A stretch of 64,000 nucleotides of DNA from Clostridia bacterium (GCA_045589295.1 JAZNOU010000002.1:96140-160139); one strand, 5' to 3'; shown: positions 19,987 to 32,582, counted from the stretch's first letter. A program made the numbers and translations. Notes: generated by a model from the letters alone, not told the origin.

Positions 19987-21402
19987 ATGAAAAGAAGAAT
20001 TTTAGCACTGCTTTTGGCAGTATTTATTATAATACCTAATGCTGCCTTTGCATCAGAAACCACAGAGCCTGAAGGTTTTGCGGTAATAACAACTCTGTTT
20101 AATTTTGTAAAGCACTTTTATCAATTTGATGTGGATGATTCTGCGGCAAACGAAAACATAATAAAAGAAGTTTTAAGAGAAAATCCCGATGCTTTTCAAA
20201 CCATTATAAAAGCGTTTATGGCAACTTTGGACGAGCACAGTGTGTATTACACAAAAGAAGAGTTTGAAAGCTTTAATAATTATATAGAATCAGGTTTTGC
20301 AGGAATAGGTATTACATATTTAAGAGAAAATGGCAAGATGGTAGTATCAGGAACTGTAGAAAATTCACCTGCATATAAGGCAGGTATTCAGCCTGGTGAT
20401 ATAATCGCAGCAGTTGACGGAGTTTCACTTTATGAATGTGACACAGATTTTGCCGCGTCACTTATTAGAGGAAACGAGGGAACAAGTGTTGTAATCACGG
20501 TTGAACGTGGTAGTGAAAAGTTTGATGTTACGCTTATAAGAGCAACACTTCACGACTTTACTGTTAACTACTCAATGCTTGAAGATGATATTGCGTATTT
20601 TAACATTACTATGTTTGGTTCTGAAACAGCAAAAGAGTTTGAAAAGGCATATGAAGAACTTCAGCAGTACAATCCCAAAGGATATATCATAGATTTAAGA
20701 TATAACACAGGCGGTGTTACAGATGCGGCGCTATCTTGTCTCTCGTATTTTCTCCCTAAGGATGCTGTTACAATGAACATTTATAGCAAAACTCAAGGAA
20801 CAGAGGTGTATAAAAACAAAAAAGACGGGAAAAAGCAAAATGTTGCAGTTTTGGTAAACGAATTTTCAGCATCGGCATCGGAAATTTTTACTGCGGCGAT
20901 TAAAGATAATGAAGCAGGCGTAATTGTGGGCACAAAAACTTATGGTAAAGGTACTTCGCAGACTACAATTGGTCTTGGTGAATACGGCGGACTTAAACTT
21001 ACAATAGCAGAGTTTCAGTCGCCAAACGGTAACAGGATTGACGGCGTTGGTATTACTCCTGATGTCTATGTAAAAAATGTTTCTAAAAAAGCAGAAGCAG
21101 GAGATTACGAAAAGCTTGAATATAAAACTATATACAAGCAGGGCGACAGCGGTGATGAAATATATGCAATAAAGCAAAGGCTTTCGGCAACAGGGTATTT
21201 TAAGGGAACAATGGATAGTTACTTTGATTTGTCCTTAGTAAATGCCGTAAAGGCAATTCAGAAAGAAACAGGGCTTTTTGTTTACGGAGTCGCAGACATT
21301 ACAACACAGACAGTTATCAATAATCTTGCGTTGGAAGCAGAGATTATGATAGATTCGCAGTTTAACGAAGCTTTAACACAAGTTAAAAATAATATAAAAT
21401 AA
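19987..21402 (+). CDS. S41 C-terminal processing protease (PDZ plus peptidoglycan-binding domain)
   Basis: LDEHSVY, GIGI, SPAYKAGI, IDLRYNTGG, SASASEI, TYGKG, C-terminal PG-binding repeat. Confidence 0.92.
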   Translation: MKRRILALLLAVFIIIPNAAFASETTEPEGFAVITTLFNFVKHFYQFDVDDSAANENIIKEVLRENPDAFQTIIKAFMATLDEHSVYYTKEEFESFNNYIESGFAGIGITYLRENGKMVVSGTVENSPAYKAGIQPGDIIAAVDGVSLYECDTDFAASLIRGNEGTSVVITVERGSEKFDVTLIRATLHDFTVNYSMLEDDIAYFNITMFGSETAKEFEKAYEELQQYNPKGYIIDLRYNTGGVTDAALSCLSYFLPKDAVTMNIYSKTQGTEVYKNKKDGKKQNVAVLVNEFSASASEIFTAAIKDNEAGVIVGTKTYGKGTSQTTIGLGEYGGLKLTIAEFQSPNGNRIDGVGITPDVYVKNVSKKAEAGDYEKLEYKTIYKQGDSGDEIYAIKQRLSATGYFKGTMDSYFDLSLVNAVKAIQKETGLFVYGVADITTQTVINNLALEAEIMIDSQFNEALTQVKNNIK

Positions 21403-21416
21403 AGAGGGTAATAATA

Positions 21417-21926
21417 ATGAACGGAAAAACAAAACAAATTGTAATTTCAGGACTTTTGGTGGCAATAGCATTTATTATTCCACTTATACTTCCTAACCTT
21501 AGCGGTTTGCCTGAGTTCTCAGCAACTCCTTTTGCACACGTACCAATTATGGTTGCAATGTTTATCAATCCATCTGTTACAATATTTGTTGTACTGGGTA
21601 CTGCACTGAGCTTTTTTATAAAGTATGTTCCTATTGTGGGGCTTCGTGCGCTTTCGCATCTTTTGTTTGCAATGGTTGCTACAAATATGCTTAAAGAATC
21701 AAAGTCAAAAACAAATATTTTTATTACATACCTTGTAACACTTGTTCTTCATGCAGGTGCGGAGGCAATTATTGTTGCACTTTGGTTTATATTTTTTGCA
21801 GGCACCGGACTTGCAAGTCCGCTATTCCTTGGAATAGGCATTTTTGCTTTGCACCATACATTTGATTTTGCAATAACACTTGTAATTTACTTTGCACTTG
21901 TTAAAGCAAAAGTTTTAAAATCATAA
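21417..21926 (+). CDS. ECF transporter S-component (NiaX-like)
   Basis: About 5-6 TM helices; FSATPFAHVPI, RALSH, LHHTFD. Confidence 0.7.
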   Translation: MNGKTKQIVISGLLVAIAFIIPLILPNLSGLPEFSATPFAHVPIMVAMFINPSVTIFVVLGTALSFFIKYVPIVGLRALSHLLFAMVATNMLKESKSKTNIFITYLVTLVLHAGAEAIIVALWFIFFAGTGLASPLFLGIGIFALHHTFDFAITLVIYFALVKAKVLKS

Positions 21927-21943
21927 TTTGAAAGGTAACTACT

Positions 21944-23683
21944 ATGAATTTCAGAAATATTTTAACTCAAAAAGTTAAAGAGGCATTTTTAATTGCAGGA
22001 TATGATGACAACAATGCATACGTTAGCGTTTCATCAAGACCTGACCTTTGCCAGTATCAGTGTAACGGCTGTTTACCTCTTGCTAAAGTTTACAAGCAAA
22101 AGCCAATGGATATTGCAGAAAAAATTTCATCTATTTTATCGACAGATGAAGCATTTGAGTCGGTAATTGCTTGTCCTCCTGGTTTTCTAAATATTGTTGT
22201 TAAAGATGAATTTTTAACAGGCTTTATCAATAAAATGAATGAAGACGACGGATTTTTGTATGAAAAAACTGTAAGTCCCACAAAAACTGTTGTTGACTAT
22301 GGCGGAGCCAACGTTGCAAAATCACTTCACGTAGGACACCTTCGTTCTGCAATTATAGGTGAAAGCATTAAAAGACTTTTAAGATTTGACGGCAACGAAG
22401 TTTTGGGTGACGTTCATTTAGGTGATTGGGGACTTCAGATGGGTATTGTAATTCTTGGCATCATTGAGCAGTTCGGCATTGAAAACCTACAGACTGAGAA
22501 AGACAGAAGCAAACACATTACCATTTCAGTTTTGGAAAAAACATACCCTGCAAAGAGCATGGAAGCAAAAAGCGACGAAAATGTTATGGCAGAGTGTAAG
22601 AGAATAACATTTGAACTTCAAAAGGGTGAAGGCATTTACTTTGATATCTGGCAGAAAGTTTTAGAGGTTTCTGTTGAAGATTTAAAGAAAAACTATGCAA
22701 GACTTGGTGTTGAATTTGACCTTTGGAAAGGTGAAAGCGACACAAGGACTGTTACAGCCGCTATGATTAAGTCATTAAAAGATAAAGGCTTTGCGCACGA
22801 AGACGATGGAGCGTTGGTTATTGATATTACAGAAGAAACAGACAATCCGCCGCTTCCACCATTTATTTTGGAAAAATCTGATGGTGCTATACTTTACTCT
22901 ACAACAGACCTTGCAACTATCTTGCAAAGGTGTGAAGAGTTTGACACAGACAGAATGATTTATGTTGTTGACAACCGTCAGGGAACACACTTTAAACAGC
23001 TTTTCAGAACGGTTGAAAAAACCGGCATTGCAGGGAAAGAATTACAGCTTGAATTTTCAGGTTTTGGAACGATGAATGGCAAAGACGGCAAACCTTATAA
23101 AACCCGTGAGGGTGGTGTTATGCGTCTTGAGGATCTTATAAATGCACTTGAAACAGAGGCATATAAAAAACTTGACGAAACAATGGGTGACAGTGCTTCT
23201 TTAGATGAGAAGAAAGAAATTGCGCATCAGGTGGGCGTTGGTGCACTTAAATTTGCAGACCTTTCAAACCACAGAAGTAAAGATTATAATTTCGATGTTG
23301 AAAGATTTTGCTCCTTTGAGGGCAAGACAGGTCCTTATGTTCAGTATACTGCGGTAAGAATTGCATCAATCCTTGCTAAATGTGAAAAAACGGACGGGAA
23401 AATAGCGGTTCCTGAGGGTGATGTTCAAAGAGATTTGTTTATTTTATTAACTGAGTATCAGACTGCTGTTAAGGCGGCTGCAAACGAACTTGCACCAAAT
23501 ATTTTAGTTGATTATATCTATCAGCTTGCGGTGCTTTTAAATAAATATTATCACGAATATAAAGTTGCAACAGAAACCGATGAACAGAAGAAAAAATCAA
23601 GAGTGGCGACACTTACACTTTCACTTAACTTGATGAAAACACTTTTAGATATTGTGGGAATTGAAATCCCAAGCAGAATGTAA
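21944..23683 (+). CDS. argS: Arginine--tRNA ligase
   Basis: DYGGANVAKSLHVGHLRS, HLGDWG, YVVDNRQ, FEGKTGPYVQY. Confidence 0.96.
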   Translation: MNFRNILTQKVKEAFLIAGYDDNNAYVSVSSRPDLCQYQCNGCLPLAKVYKQKPMDIAEKISSILSTDEAFESVIACPPGFLNIVVKDEFLTGFINKMNEDDGFLYEKTVSPTKTVVDYGGANVAKSLHVGHLRSAIIGESIKRLLRFDGNEVLGDVHLGDWGLQMGIVILGIIEQFGIENLQTEKDRSKHITISVLEKTYPAKSMEAKSDENVMAECKRITFELQKGEGIYFDIWQKVLEVSVEDLKKNYARLGVEFDLWKGESDTRTVTAAMIKSLKDKGFAHEDDGALVIDITEETDNPPLPPFILEKSDGAILYSTTDLATILQRCEEFDTDRMIYVVDNRQGTHFKQLFRTVEKTGIAGKELQLEFSGFGTMNGKDGKPYKTREGGVMRLEDLINALETEAYKKLDETMGDSASLDEKKEIAHQVGVGALKFADLSNHRSKDYNFDVERFCSFEGKTGPYVQYTAVRIASILAKCEKTDGKIAVPEGDVQRDLFILLTEYQTAVKAAANELAPNILVDYIYQLAVLLNKYYHEYKVATETDEQKKKSRVATLTLSLNLMKTLLDIVGIEIPSRM

Positions 23684-23695
23684 AGGAGAATTAAA

Positions 23696-24961
23696 ATGGA
23701 AATAGAATCAAAATGCCTGTATTCAGGGTATACACCTGAAAACGGAGGTCCTCAGACACTCCCTATTTATCAGAGTACAACATTTAAGTACAATTCAACA
23801 GAGCAGGTTGCAAAACTTTTTGACTTAACGGAAAATGGATTTTTCTATTCAAGAATAGGAAATCCAACAGTTGATGCTGTTGAACAGAAAATTGCAGATT
23901 TAGAGGGTGGTGTTGGAGCACTTTTAACATCATCTGGTCAGGCGGCAAATTTTATTGCGATACTTAATATTTTAAGTGCAGGCGATCATATGATTTCATC
24001 AAATGAAATTTATGGCGGAACTTTTAATCTTTTCGCAGTAACGCTCAAAAGAATGGGCATTGAAGTTACATTTGTTGACCAAGATCTTTCAGTAGAAGAG
24101 CTTCAAAAGTATGTAAAACCAAACACAAAAGCAGTTTTTGGTGAAACAATTACAAACCCTACCATTTCGGTTTTAGATATTGAGAAGTTTGCTCAGTTTG
24201 CACACAAAAATAATGTGCCTCTTATTATTGACAACACATTTGCAACTCCTGTGCTTTGCCGTCCATTTGAGTATGGAGCAGATATTGTTACACACTCAAC
24301 TACAAAGTATATGGATGGTCACGCACTTACTGTTGGCGGTGTTATTGTTGATAGCGGCAAATTTGACTGGACAAATGGTAATTTTCCGGATCTTACAACA
24401 CCAGATGAATCTTATCACGGAGTTACATATACCAAAGAATTTGGCAAAATGGCATATATTGTAAAAGCAAGAGTTCAGCTTATGCGTGACCTTGGTGCAA
24501 CACCATCTGCTTTTAATGCGTTTTTAATCAATCAGGGATTAGAAACACTTCCAATGAGAATTAAAACACATTCTGACAACGCAGAAAAGATGGCACAGTT
24601 CCTTTCTAATCACGACAAGGTAGAATTTGTTAACTATCCTACAATAGAGGGTAACAAATACGCTTCTTTAGCGAAAAAGTATTTAGACGGAGGAAACAGC
24701 GGTGTTATTGCCTTTAGCTTAAAAGGTGGAAGACAGGCGGGTGTCAAATTTATTGACAGTTTAAAAATGGTGTCACTTTTAGTTCACGTTGCAGATATAA
24801 GAAGTTGCGTGCTTCATCCTGCAAGCTCTACTCACAGACAGCTTTCAGATCAGCAGCTTTTAGATGCGGGTATTACACCTGGTCTTATCAGATTTTCTGT
24901 TGGTACTGAAAATATTAAAGATATTATAGCCGATGTTTCTCAGGCACTTGATCAGATTTAA
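23696..24961 (+). CDS. metY: O-acetylhomoserine aminocarboxypropyltransferase
   Basis: [42 protein letters not shown]. Confidence 0.92.
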   Translation: MEIESKCLYSGYTPENGGPQTLPIYQSTTFKYNSTEQVAKLFDLTENGFFYSRIGNPTVDAVEQKIADLEGGVGALLTSSGQAANFIAILNILSAGDHMISSNEIYGGTFNLFAVTLKRMGIEVTFVDQDLSVEELQKYVKPNTKAVFGETITNPTISVLDIEKFAQFAHKNNVPLIIDNTFATPVLCRPFEYGADIVTHSTTKYMDGHALTVGGVIVDSGKFDWTNGNFPDLTTPDESYHGVTYTKEFGKMAYIVKARVQLMRDLGATPSAFNAFLINQGLETLPMRIKTHSDNAEKMAQFLSNHDKVEFVNYPTIEGNKYASLAKKYLDGGNSGVIAFSLKGGRQAGVKFIDSLKMVSLLVHVADIRSCVLHPASSTHRQLSDQQLLDAGITPGLIRFSVGTENIKDIIADVSQALDQI

Positions 24962-24975
24962 TGAGGTGAAATTTA

Positions 24976-25902
24976 ATGGTATATAACAATATTTTAGAAG
25001 CTATCGGTAACACTCCGATTATAAAGCTTCAGAATATTGCACCAGAAGGCGGCGCGGATATTTTAGTTAAGTTTGAAGGACTTAATGTAGGTGGATCAAT
25101 AAAAACAAGAACTGCTTATAATATGATTATGCGCGCAAAAGCTCAGGGGAAAATAAATAAAGATACAATAATTGTAGAACCTACAAGTGGTAATCAGGGG
25201 ATTGGTCTTGCTCTTGTTGGTGCGGTTTTTGGCTATAAAACAAGAATAATTATGCCGGACTCTGTTAGTGAAGAAAGAAGAAAACTTGTTAATCACTATG
25301 GTGCAGAGGTTGTTTTGGTGCACGACTCAGGGAATATTGGACTTTGTATCGATGAGTGTGTAAAACTCGCACTTAAAATGCAACAAGAAGATGAAAATGT
25401 GTTTGTTCCCCAACAATTTGAAAATCCAGCAAACCCGGAAATCCAAAGATATCAGACAGGTAGAGAAATTTTAGAGCAGGTTGCAGGCCCTATTCACGGC
25501 TTTTGCTCAGGCATTGGCACAGGAGGAACTATAACAGGTATCGGCGAAACATTAAAGGCGGCAAACCCCGATATGAAGATATGGGCAGTTGAGCCTGAAA
25601 ATGCCGCAATTTTATCAGGTGGGTCAATCGGAACTCATATTCAAATGGGGATTGGCGACGGACTTATTCCTGCAATTTTAAATCAAGACATTTATGATGA
25701 TATTTGTATTGTAAAGGATGAGGAAGCAATTTCCGTTTCAAAGGCTCTGGCTGCAAAAGAAGGAATTTTGTGCGGTATTTCAAGCGGAACAAATGTTGCA
25801 GCAGCAATTAAGCTTGCAAAAGAATTAGGTCCAGGAAAAACTGTGGTAACCATTCTTCCCGATACGGCAGAACGATATTTCTCAACACCGCTTTTTGAGT
25901 AA
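24976..25902 (+). CDS. cysK: Cysteine synthase family PLP enzyme (divergent)
   Basis: IGNTP, GGSIKTR, EPTSGNQG, GIGTGGT, PDTAERYFS. Confidence 0.8.
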   Translation: MVYNNILEAIGNTPIIKLQNIAPEGGADILVKFEGLNVGGSIKTRTAYNMIMRAKAQGKINKDTIIVEPTSGNQGIGLALVGAVFGYKTRIIMPDSVSEERRKLVNHYGAEVVLVHDSGNIGLCIDECVKLALKMQQEDENVFVPQQFENPANPEIQRYQTGREILEQVAGPIHGFCSGIGTGGTITGIGETLKAANPDMKIWAVEPENAAILSGGSIGTHIQMGIGDGLIPAILNQDIYDDICIVKDEEAISVSKALAAKEGILCGISSGTNVAAAIKLAKELGPGKTVVTILPDTAERYFSTPLFE

Positions 25903-25935
25903 ACAAAAATAAAGTGACTATTTAGAATAATAAAA

Positions 25936-25966
25936 CAAAAATCCTCAAATTTTTTGAGGGTTTTTG
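25936..25966 (+). terminator. Intrinsic terminator
   Basis: CAAAAATCCTCAAA...TTTGAGGGTTTTTG. Confidence 0.75.
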
Positions 25967-26025
25967 CTTTATACAGGAACTCTTGCTGGAATAGATGCGT
26001 CTTGTAGATACTTTGAAATTTTTAT

Positions 26026-26055
26026 TTGACAATATATGTATAAAACAGTTATAAT
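26026..26055 (+). promoter_or_regulatory. SigA promoter of ruvCAB
   Basis: TTGACA-N18-TATAAT. Confidence 0.75.
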
Positions 26056-26094
26056 AATTAAGTAGGAATTTGTTTTTTAAACTGAGGTGTTTTT

Positions 26095-26586
26095 TTGAGA
26101 ATACTTGGAATTGACCCGGGCTTTGCAATAGTAGGGTACGGTGTCATTGATTATGAGAAAGGTAAATATAAAACGGTTGATTACGGCAAAATTACCACTC
26201 CTGCGGGAATGGATATGCCACTTAGGTTAAAAGAGGTTTACGATGGTATTTTAAGGCTTATTGAACTTTTTAATCCTGATGTCTTGGCAATAGAAGAATT
26301 GTTTTTTAACACCAACGTAAAAACTGCAATTGCGGTAGGACACGCAAGAGGTGTAATAGTTTTGGCTGCCGCAAACAAGGGGATTAAAATAAACGAATAT
26401 ACGCCGCTTCAGATAAAACAGGCGGTAGTAGGTTATGGCAGGGCGGATAAAAATCAGGTTCAGCAGATGGTTAAAATGTTTTTAGGACTTAAAGAAGTGC
26501 CGAAACCCGATGATACGGCAGATGCTTTAGCAGTTGCAATATGTCATGCTAATTCATCTTCGTTGGGCGGAGTCTTAGGTTTATAA
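26095..26586 (+). CDS. ruvC: Holliday junction resolvase RuvC
   Basis: [32 protein letters not shown]; TTG start. Confidence 0.97.
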   Translation: MRILGIDPGFAIVGYGVIDYEKGKYKTVDYGKITTPAGMDMPLRLKEVYDGILRLIELFNPDVLAIEELFFNTNVKTAIAVGHARGVIVLAAANKGIKINEYTPLQIKQAVVGYGRADKNQVQQMVKMFLGLKEVPKPDDTADALAVAICHANSSSLGGVLGL

Positions 26587-26602
26587 AGAAAGGAATTTTA
26601 CT

Positions 26603-27193
26603 ATGTATGCATATATAAAAGGCAGCCTTGAATTTTTAACTCACTCAGAGGCAGTAGTTGAAGCAGGTGGCGTGGGGTACAGAATATTCATTTCTCCCAA
26701 AACAAGAAGCAGATTGCCTGATTTGGGACGTGAGGTGAAACTTTTTACTCATTTTGCGGTAAGAGAAGATGCGATGGAGCTTTATGGTTTTTATTCTGCA
26801 GAAGAGCTTTTTGTATACGAGCAGCTTATTTCTGTTTCAGGAGTAGGACCAAAAGTAGGTCTTGCAATTCTTTCTGCTATGGAACCTAACGAGTTTATTG
26901 CTTCAGTTGTAACCAATGATGTGAAGGCAATAACAAAGGCACAAGGGGTTGGGGCAAAGCTTGCAGCAAGAATTATTTTAGAACTTAAGGACAAGATGCA
27001 GAAAGAAAGTGCAGAGCTTGATTTGGAAATTATCCCGCAAAGCGAGGAAACAGTCGATGCCGGCGAGGCGGTTGAGGCACTGTTAGCGCTTGGATATTCT
27101 GCACAGGAAGCTAAGAAGGCAGTAAGTGGACTTTCGGGAACGGTTGAAGAGATTATAAGTGCGGCACTCAAAAATTTAATGAGAAGAGGGTAA
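26603..27193 (+). CDS. ruvA: Holliday junction branch migration protein RuvA
   Basis: GGVGY, VRED...LYGF, VSGVGPK, ALLALGY. Confidence 0.97.
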   Translation: MYAYIKGSLEFLTHSEAVVEAGGVGYRIFISPKTRSRLPDLGREVKLFTHFAVREDAMELYGFYSAEELFVYEQLISVSGVGPKVGLAILSAMEPNEFIASVVTNDVKAITKAQGVGAKLAARIILELKDKMQKESAELDLEIIPQSEETVDAGEAVEALLALGYSAQEAKKAVSGLSGTVEEIISAALKNLMRRG

Positions 27194-27197
27194 TTAA

Positions 27198-28202
27198 ATG
27201 GAAGACAGAATCATAACATCTACATATACAACAGATGATGAAGATATCGAGGTTTCATTAAGACCTAGAACACTCTCTGAGTATGTCGGTCAGTCAAAGG
27301 CAAAAGAAAACTTAGAGGTTTTTATTGAGGCGGCAAAAATGAGAAATGAGCCTTTGGATCACATTCTTTTGTACGGACCGCCGGGGCTTGGTAAAACTAC
27401 TCTGGCAAGTATTATTTCAAATGAAATGGGTGTGAATATAAGAATTACATCGGGTCCTGCAATAGAACGCCCTGGTGATTTGGCTGCAATTATTTCAAAC
27501 CTTTCAACAAATGATATTTTGTTTATTGACGAAATTCACAGGCTAAACAGAAGTGTTGAAGAAATTCTTTATCCTGCCATGGAAGATTTTGTTATTGACA
27601 TCGTGTATGGAAAGGGCGTTTCTGCAAAAACTGTTCGCGTTGCACTTCCAAAATTCACATTAATCGGCGCAACTACAAGAGCGGGAATGTTATCATCGCC
27701 ACTTCGTGACAGATTTGGGTTTATAAGCCGACTTGAAATGTATACAAAAGAAGAACTTACTGAAATTGTTACCCGTTCTGCAAGAATTTTAGATATTATA
27801 ATAGAAAAAGACGGAGCAGAAGAAATTGCAATGCGTTCAAGAGGCACACCGAGAATTGCAAACAGACTTTTAAAGCGTGTGCGTGACTATGCGCAGATAA
27901 AAGCCGAGGGAATTATTACCAAAGAGGTGGCAGACAAGGCACTTAATATGATGGAAGTGGATAAATTAGGATTAGACAGTATTGACAGAAGAATTTTATC
28001 TACTATTATAAACAACTTTGCGGGAGGTCCTGTTGGTCTTGATACAATAGCTGCGTCTGTAGGTGAGGAAGCAAATACAATTGAGGATGTTTGTGAGCCA
28101 TATCTTTTGCAACAAGGGTTTTTAACAAGAACCGCAAGGGGAAGATGTGCTACAAGGCTTGCTTATGAGTATATGGGGATACCGTTTTCCGAAAAACCGT
28201 AA
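27198..28202 (+). CDS. ruvB: Holliday junction helicase RuvB
   Basis: [38 protein letters not shown]. Confidence 0.98.
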   Translation: MEDRIITSTYTTDDEDIEVSLRPRTLSEYVGQSKAKENLEVFIEAAKMRNEPLDHILLYGPPGLGKTTLASIISNEMGVNIRITSGPAIERPGDLAAIISNLSTNDILFIDEIHRLNRSVEEILYPAMEDFVIDIVYGKGVSAKTVRVALPKFTLIGATTRAGMLSSPLRDRFGFISRLEMYTKEELTEIVTRSARILDIIIEKDGAEEIAMRSRGTPRIANRLLKRVRDYAQIKAEGIITKEVADKALNMMEVDKLGLDSIDRRILSTIINNFAGGPVGLDTIAASVGEEANTIEDVCEPYLLQQGFLTRTARGRCATRLAYEYMGIPFSEKP

Positions 28203-28318
28203 AAACACGCAAAAACAAAAGAAAACTAAAGATATCTTGTGGAAAAATCACAAAACAAACTAAATAAGGCTGTAAAAACGGCTTGAAAAAAATATTTAAA
28301 GTGGTAAAATATACTTTA

Positions 28319-28345
28319 TTAGCACTCGTTTGATTTGAGTGCTAA
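28319..28345 (+). promoter_or_regulatory. CIRCE element (HrcA operator)
   Basis: Perfect TTAGCACTC-N9-GAGTGCTAA downstream of TTGAAA...TGgTAAAAT. Confidence 0.98.
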
Positions 28346-28370
28346 TTTAAAACAGAGAGGAGAATGCTAA

Positions 28371-28655
<285 letters not shown>

Positions 28656-28672
28656 ATAATAGGAGGAATTAA

Positions 28673-30304
<1,632 letters not shown>

Positions 30305-30330
30305 TTAGCAAGCAATATAGCTTAATAAAC

Positions 30331-30357
30331 AAAAAAGCGGAATTATCCGCTTTTTTT
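30331..30357 (+). terminator. groESL terminator
   Basis: AAAAAAGCGGA-atta-TCCGCTTTTTTT. Confidence 0.9.
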
Positions 30358-30380
30358 GTTGTGAAAATTGTCGATTTCTA

Positions 30381-30409
30381 TTGTAAACGCAACTCACTTA
30401 TGATATAAT
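30381..30409 (+). promoter_or_regulatory. SigA promoter (extended -10) upstream of permease
   Basis: TTGTAA-N17-TATAAT with TGn. Confidence 0.7.
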
Positions 30410-30584
30410 TGTTGCATACAGAATTTTATTTCATAAAATTCTCAAGAGCTAACGCTCTTTCGTACTCTTTCGAGCACTGCAACAATTGACGGCGTCGTAA
30501 AAATGCCCTTGCAAGCAAGCATTTTTACTCCTGGTAAAATTGGCATCTATTTTGTACACTAATTCTATAATTGTTGCATACAGA
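30404..30584. repeat. 19-bp direct repeat flanking a hairpin-rich insert (MITE/REP-like element or ncRNA)
   Basis: TATAATTGTTGCATACAGA at 30404-30422 and 30566-30584; three internal inverted repeats. Confidence 0.7.
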
Positions 30585-30647
30585 TTTACTGATTTTATAA
30601 TTAAAGCACAGAGTTTTGTGATTTAAGTATTTAAAGGGGGAAAACAA

Positions 30648-32042
30648 ATGGAAAAACTTACTAAGAAATATGGTTTGCTTACTGCTATTTGTATGGTAGT
30701 AGGAACCGTAATTGGTTCTGGTGTATTTTTTAAGGCCCAGAACGTACTTGCAGCTACGGGCGGCAGTATGCCATTAGGAATCATTGCATGGGTTATCACA
30801 GGATTGTTAATGGTTATCTGTTCTGCACAGTTTGCTGTTATGGCTACAAAATATGAGAAAGTAAGCGGTATTGTTGACTATGCAGAAGCTACATGCGGAA
30901 AGGGTTACGCTTACTATTTTGCTTGGTTCATGGTAAATATTTACTATCCTGGCATGACATCCGTTCTTGCCTGGGTTTCAGCAAGATACTTAGGTGTTCT
31001 TTTTGGATGGGATATGACAGGCGCCGAAGTTATGGCGTTGGCGGGATTCTTTCTTATAGCATCTTACACAATGAATGCTCTTTCACCAAAACTTGCAGGT
31101 AAGTTTCAGGTAAGCGCTACTGTTATTAAATTAATCCCAATTGTTCTAATGGCAATAGTTGGTACTATTGCAGGCATTGTTAACGGAACGCTCACAAACA
31201 ATTTTACGACTGTAGTTTCTGAAGCTGTTGGCTCAAGTACAAGCAGTGGCCTTTTTGCTGCAATTGTTGCTACAGTTTTTGCATATGAAGGTTGGATTGT
31301 TGCAACTTCTATTAATGCCGAACTGAAAAACCCGAAAAAGAATCTGCCAATCGCACTTGTTATCGGATCTTTGATAGTAGTAAGTGCCTATGTTCTATAC
31401 TTTATCGGTGTTGCAGGCGGTGCTACAAATGCTGTTCTTATCAGTGAGGGCGCGACTACTGCATTTATTAACATATTTGGCGGTGTTGGTGGAACATTAC
31501 TTAACATTTGTATTATTATTTCCTGTCTTGGAACTTTGAATGGTCTTATGGTTGGTGCAACACGCGGAATGTATGCTATAGCAGCCCGTAATAATGGCCC
31601 TATGCCTCAGACATTTTCACAAATTGATAAAGCAACAAATATGACTACAAACTCTGCAATATGGGGACTATTTGTATGTGGAATATGGCTTATATATTTC
31701 TATGGTGCAAATCTTACATCAGGTTGGTTTGGCGTTTTCAATTTTGATTCATCAGAACTTCCTATTGTTACAATTTACGCTATGTATATTCCTATTTTCA
31801 TTGCTTGGATGAAGAAAGAAAAGGATATGGGCGTATTCAAAAGATTTATACTACCAACAATATCATTGATTGCTTGTGTGTTTATGGTGTTTGCTGCAGT
31901 TTATGCTCATGGTATTACACCTTACCTTGCGGCAAAAGCTAATGGAACTTTCTCATTTCCAGTACTGTTCTATTTAATTGTTTTTGCGGTAGTTATAATA
32001 TTAGGTGCAATTTTCAAAAAGCCTGAAGATAAAAATGACTAA
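30648..32042 (+). CDS. APC family amino acid permease
   Basis: VVGTVIGSGVFFK, FAYEGW, ELKNPKKNLP, about 12 TM helices. Confidence 0.92.
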   Translation: MEKLTKKYGLLTAICMVVGTVIGSGVFFKAQNVLAATGGSMPLGIIAWVITGLLMVICSAQFAVMATKYEKVSGIVDYAEATCGKGYAYYFAWFMVNIYYPGMTSVLAWVSARYLGVLFGWDMTGAEVMALAGFFLIASYTMNALSPKLAGKFQVSATVIKLIPIVLMAIVGTIAGIVNGTLTNNFTTVVSEAVGSSTSSGLFAAIVATVFAYEGWIVATSINAELKNPKKNLPIALVIGSLIVVSAYVLYFIGVAGGATNAVLISEGATTAFINIFGGVGGTLLNICIIISCLGTLNGLMVGATRGMYAIAARNNGPMPQTFSQIDKATNMTTNSAIWGLFVCGIWLIYFYGANLTSGWFGVFNFDSSELPIVTIYAMYIPIFIAWMKKEKDMGVFKRFILPTISLIACVFMVFAAVYAHGITPYLAAKANGTFSFPVLFYLIVFAVVIILGAIFKKPEDKND

Positions 32043-32049
32043 TAAATAT

Positions 32050-32086
32050 AAAACCTCCCTCGGAAAACCTTCTGGGGAGGTTTTTT
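32050..32086 (+). terminator. Intrinsic terminator
   Basis: AAAACCTCCC...GGGAGGTTTTTT. Confidence 0.75.
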
Positions 32087-32189
32087 ATAGTAGTTAACAG
32101 TGTTGCAACTGCTGCTATAAGAAAAAAGAGGTATATGGTTATAGGACAAAACCTGCTTGAGTATTAATTTATCAAGGAGGTTTTTTATT

Positions 32190-32573
32190 GTGGAAAAAGG
32201 ATTGTTTACGGCATCTACATTTACGTCAGGCAGAATTTTGCCTATAGAAGGAGTTAACGTATATATATCAAGAGAAAATGAGGGAGGAGAGGAACTTTTA
32301 TTTGCATTAAAAACCGATGAAAATGGGAATACGCAAGTGGTCGAACTTGATGCACCCGACATGGAACTTTCTGAAAACCCCGGGAATTACAGACCATTTT
32401 CTGTATACAATGTAAGGGCTGTAAAAGATGGATTTTTCAGGACAATAATAAAAGACGTTCAGGTGTTTGCAAACAGAACTACACAACAAAATATAGATAT
32501 GATACCGCTTCCTGAAAACATACAAAATATTGACACGACAAATACTTTTGTTGTATTGCCGCAAAATTTGTAG
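32190..32573 (+). CDS. Carboxypeptidase-regulatory-like beta-sandwich protein resembling SleC N-terminal pre/pro region
   Basis: PIEGVNVYI, KTDENGNT, ELDAPD, RPFSVYNV, VQVFANRTTQQ; GTG start after AAGGAGG. Confidence 0.75.
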   Translation: MEKGLFTASTFTSGRILPIEGVNVYISRENEGGEELLFALKTDENGNTQVVELDAPDMELSENPGNYRPFSVYNVRAVKDGFFRTIIKDVQVFANRTTQQNIDMIPLPENIQNIDTTNTFVVLPQNL

Positions 32574-32582
32574 GAGGTAAAT

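Noticed and set aside
30404-30647. CRISPR mini-array, T-box or lysine riboswitch before the permease
   Set aside because: Only two 19-bp copies 162 bp apart and no cas genes; no T-box consensus, terminator or lysine-aptamer motifs.
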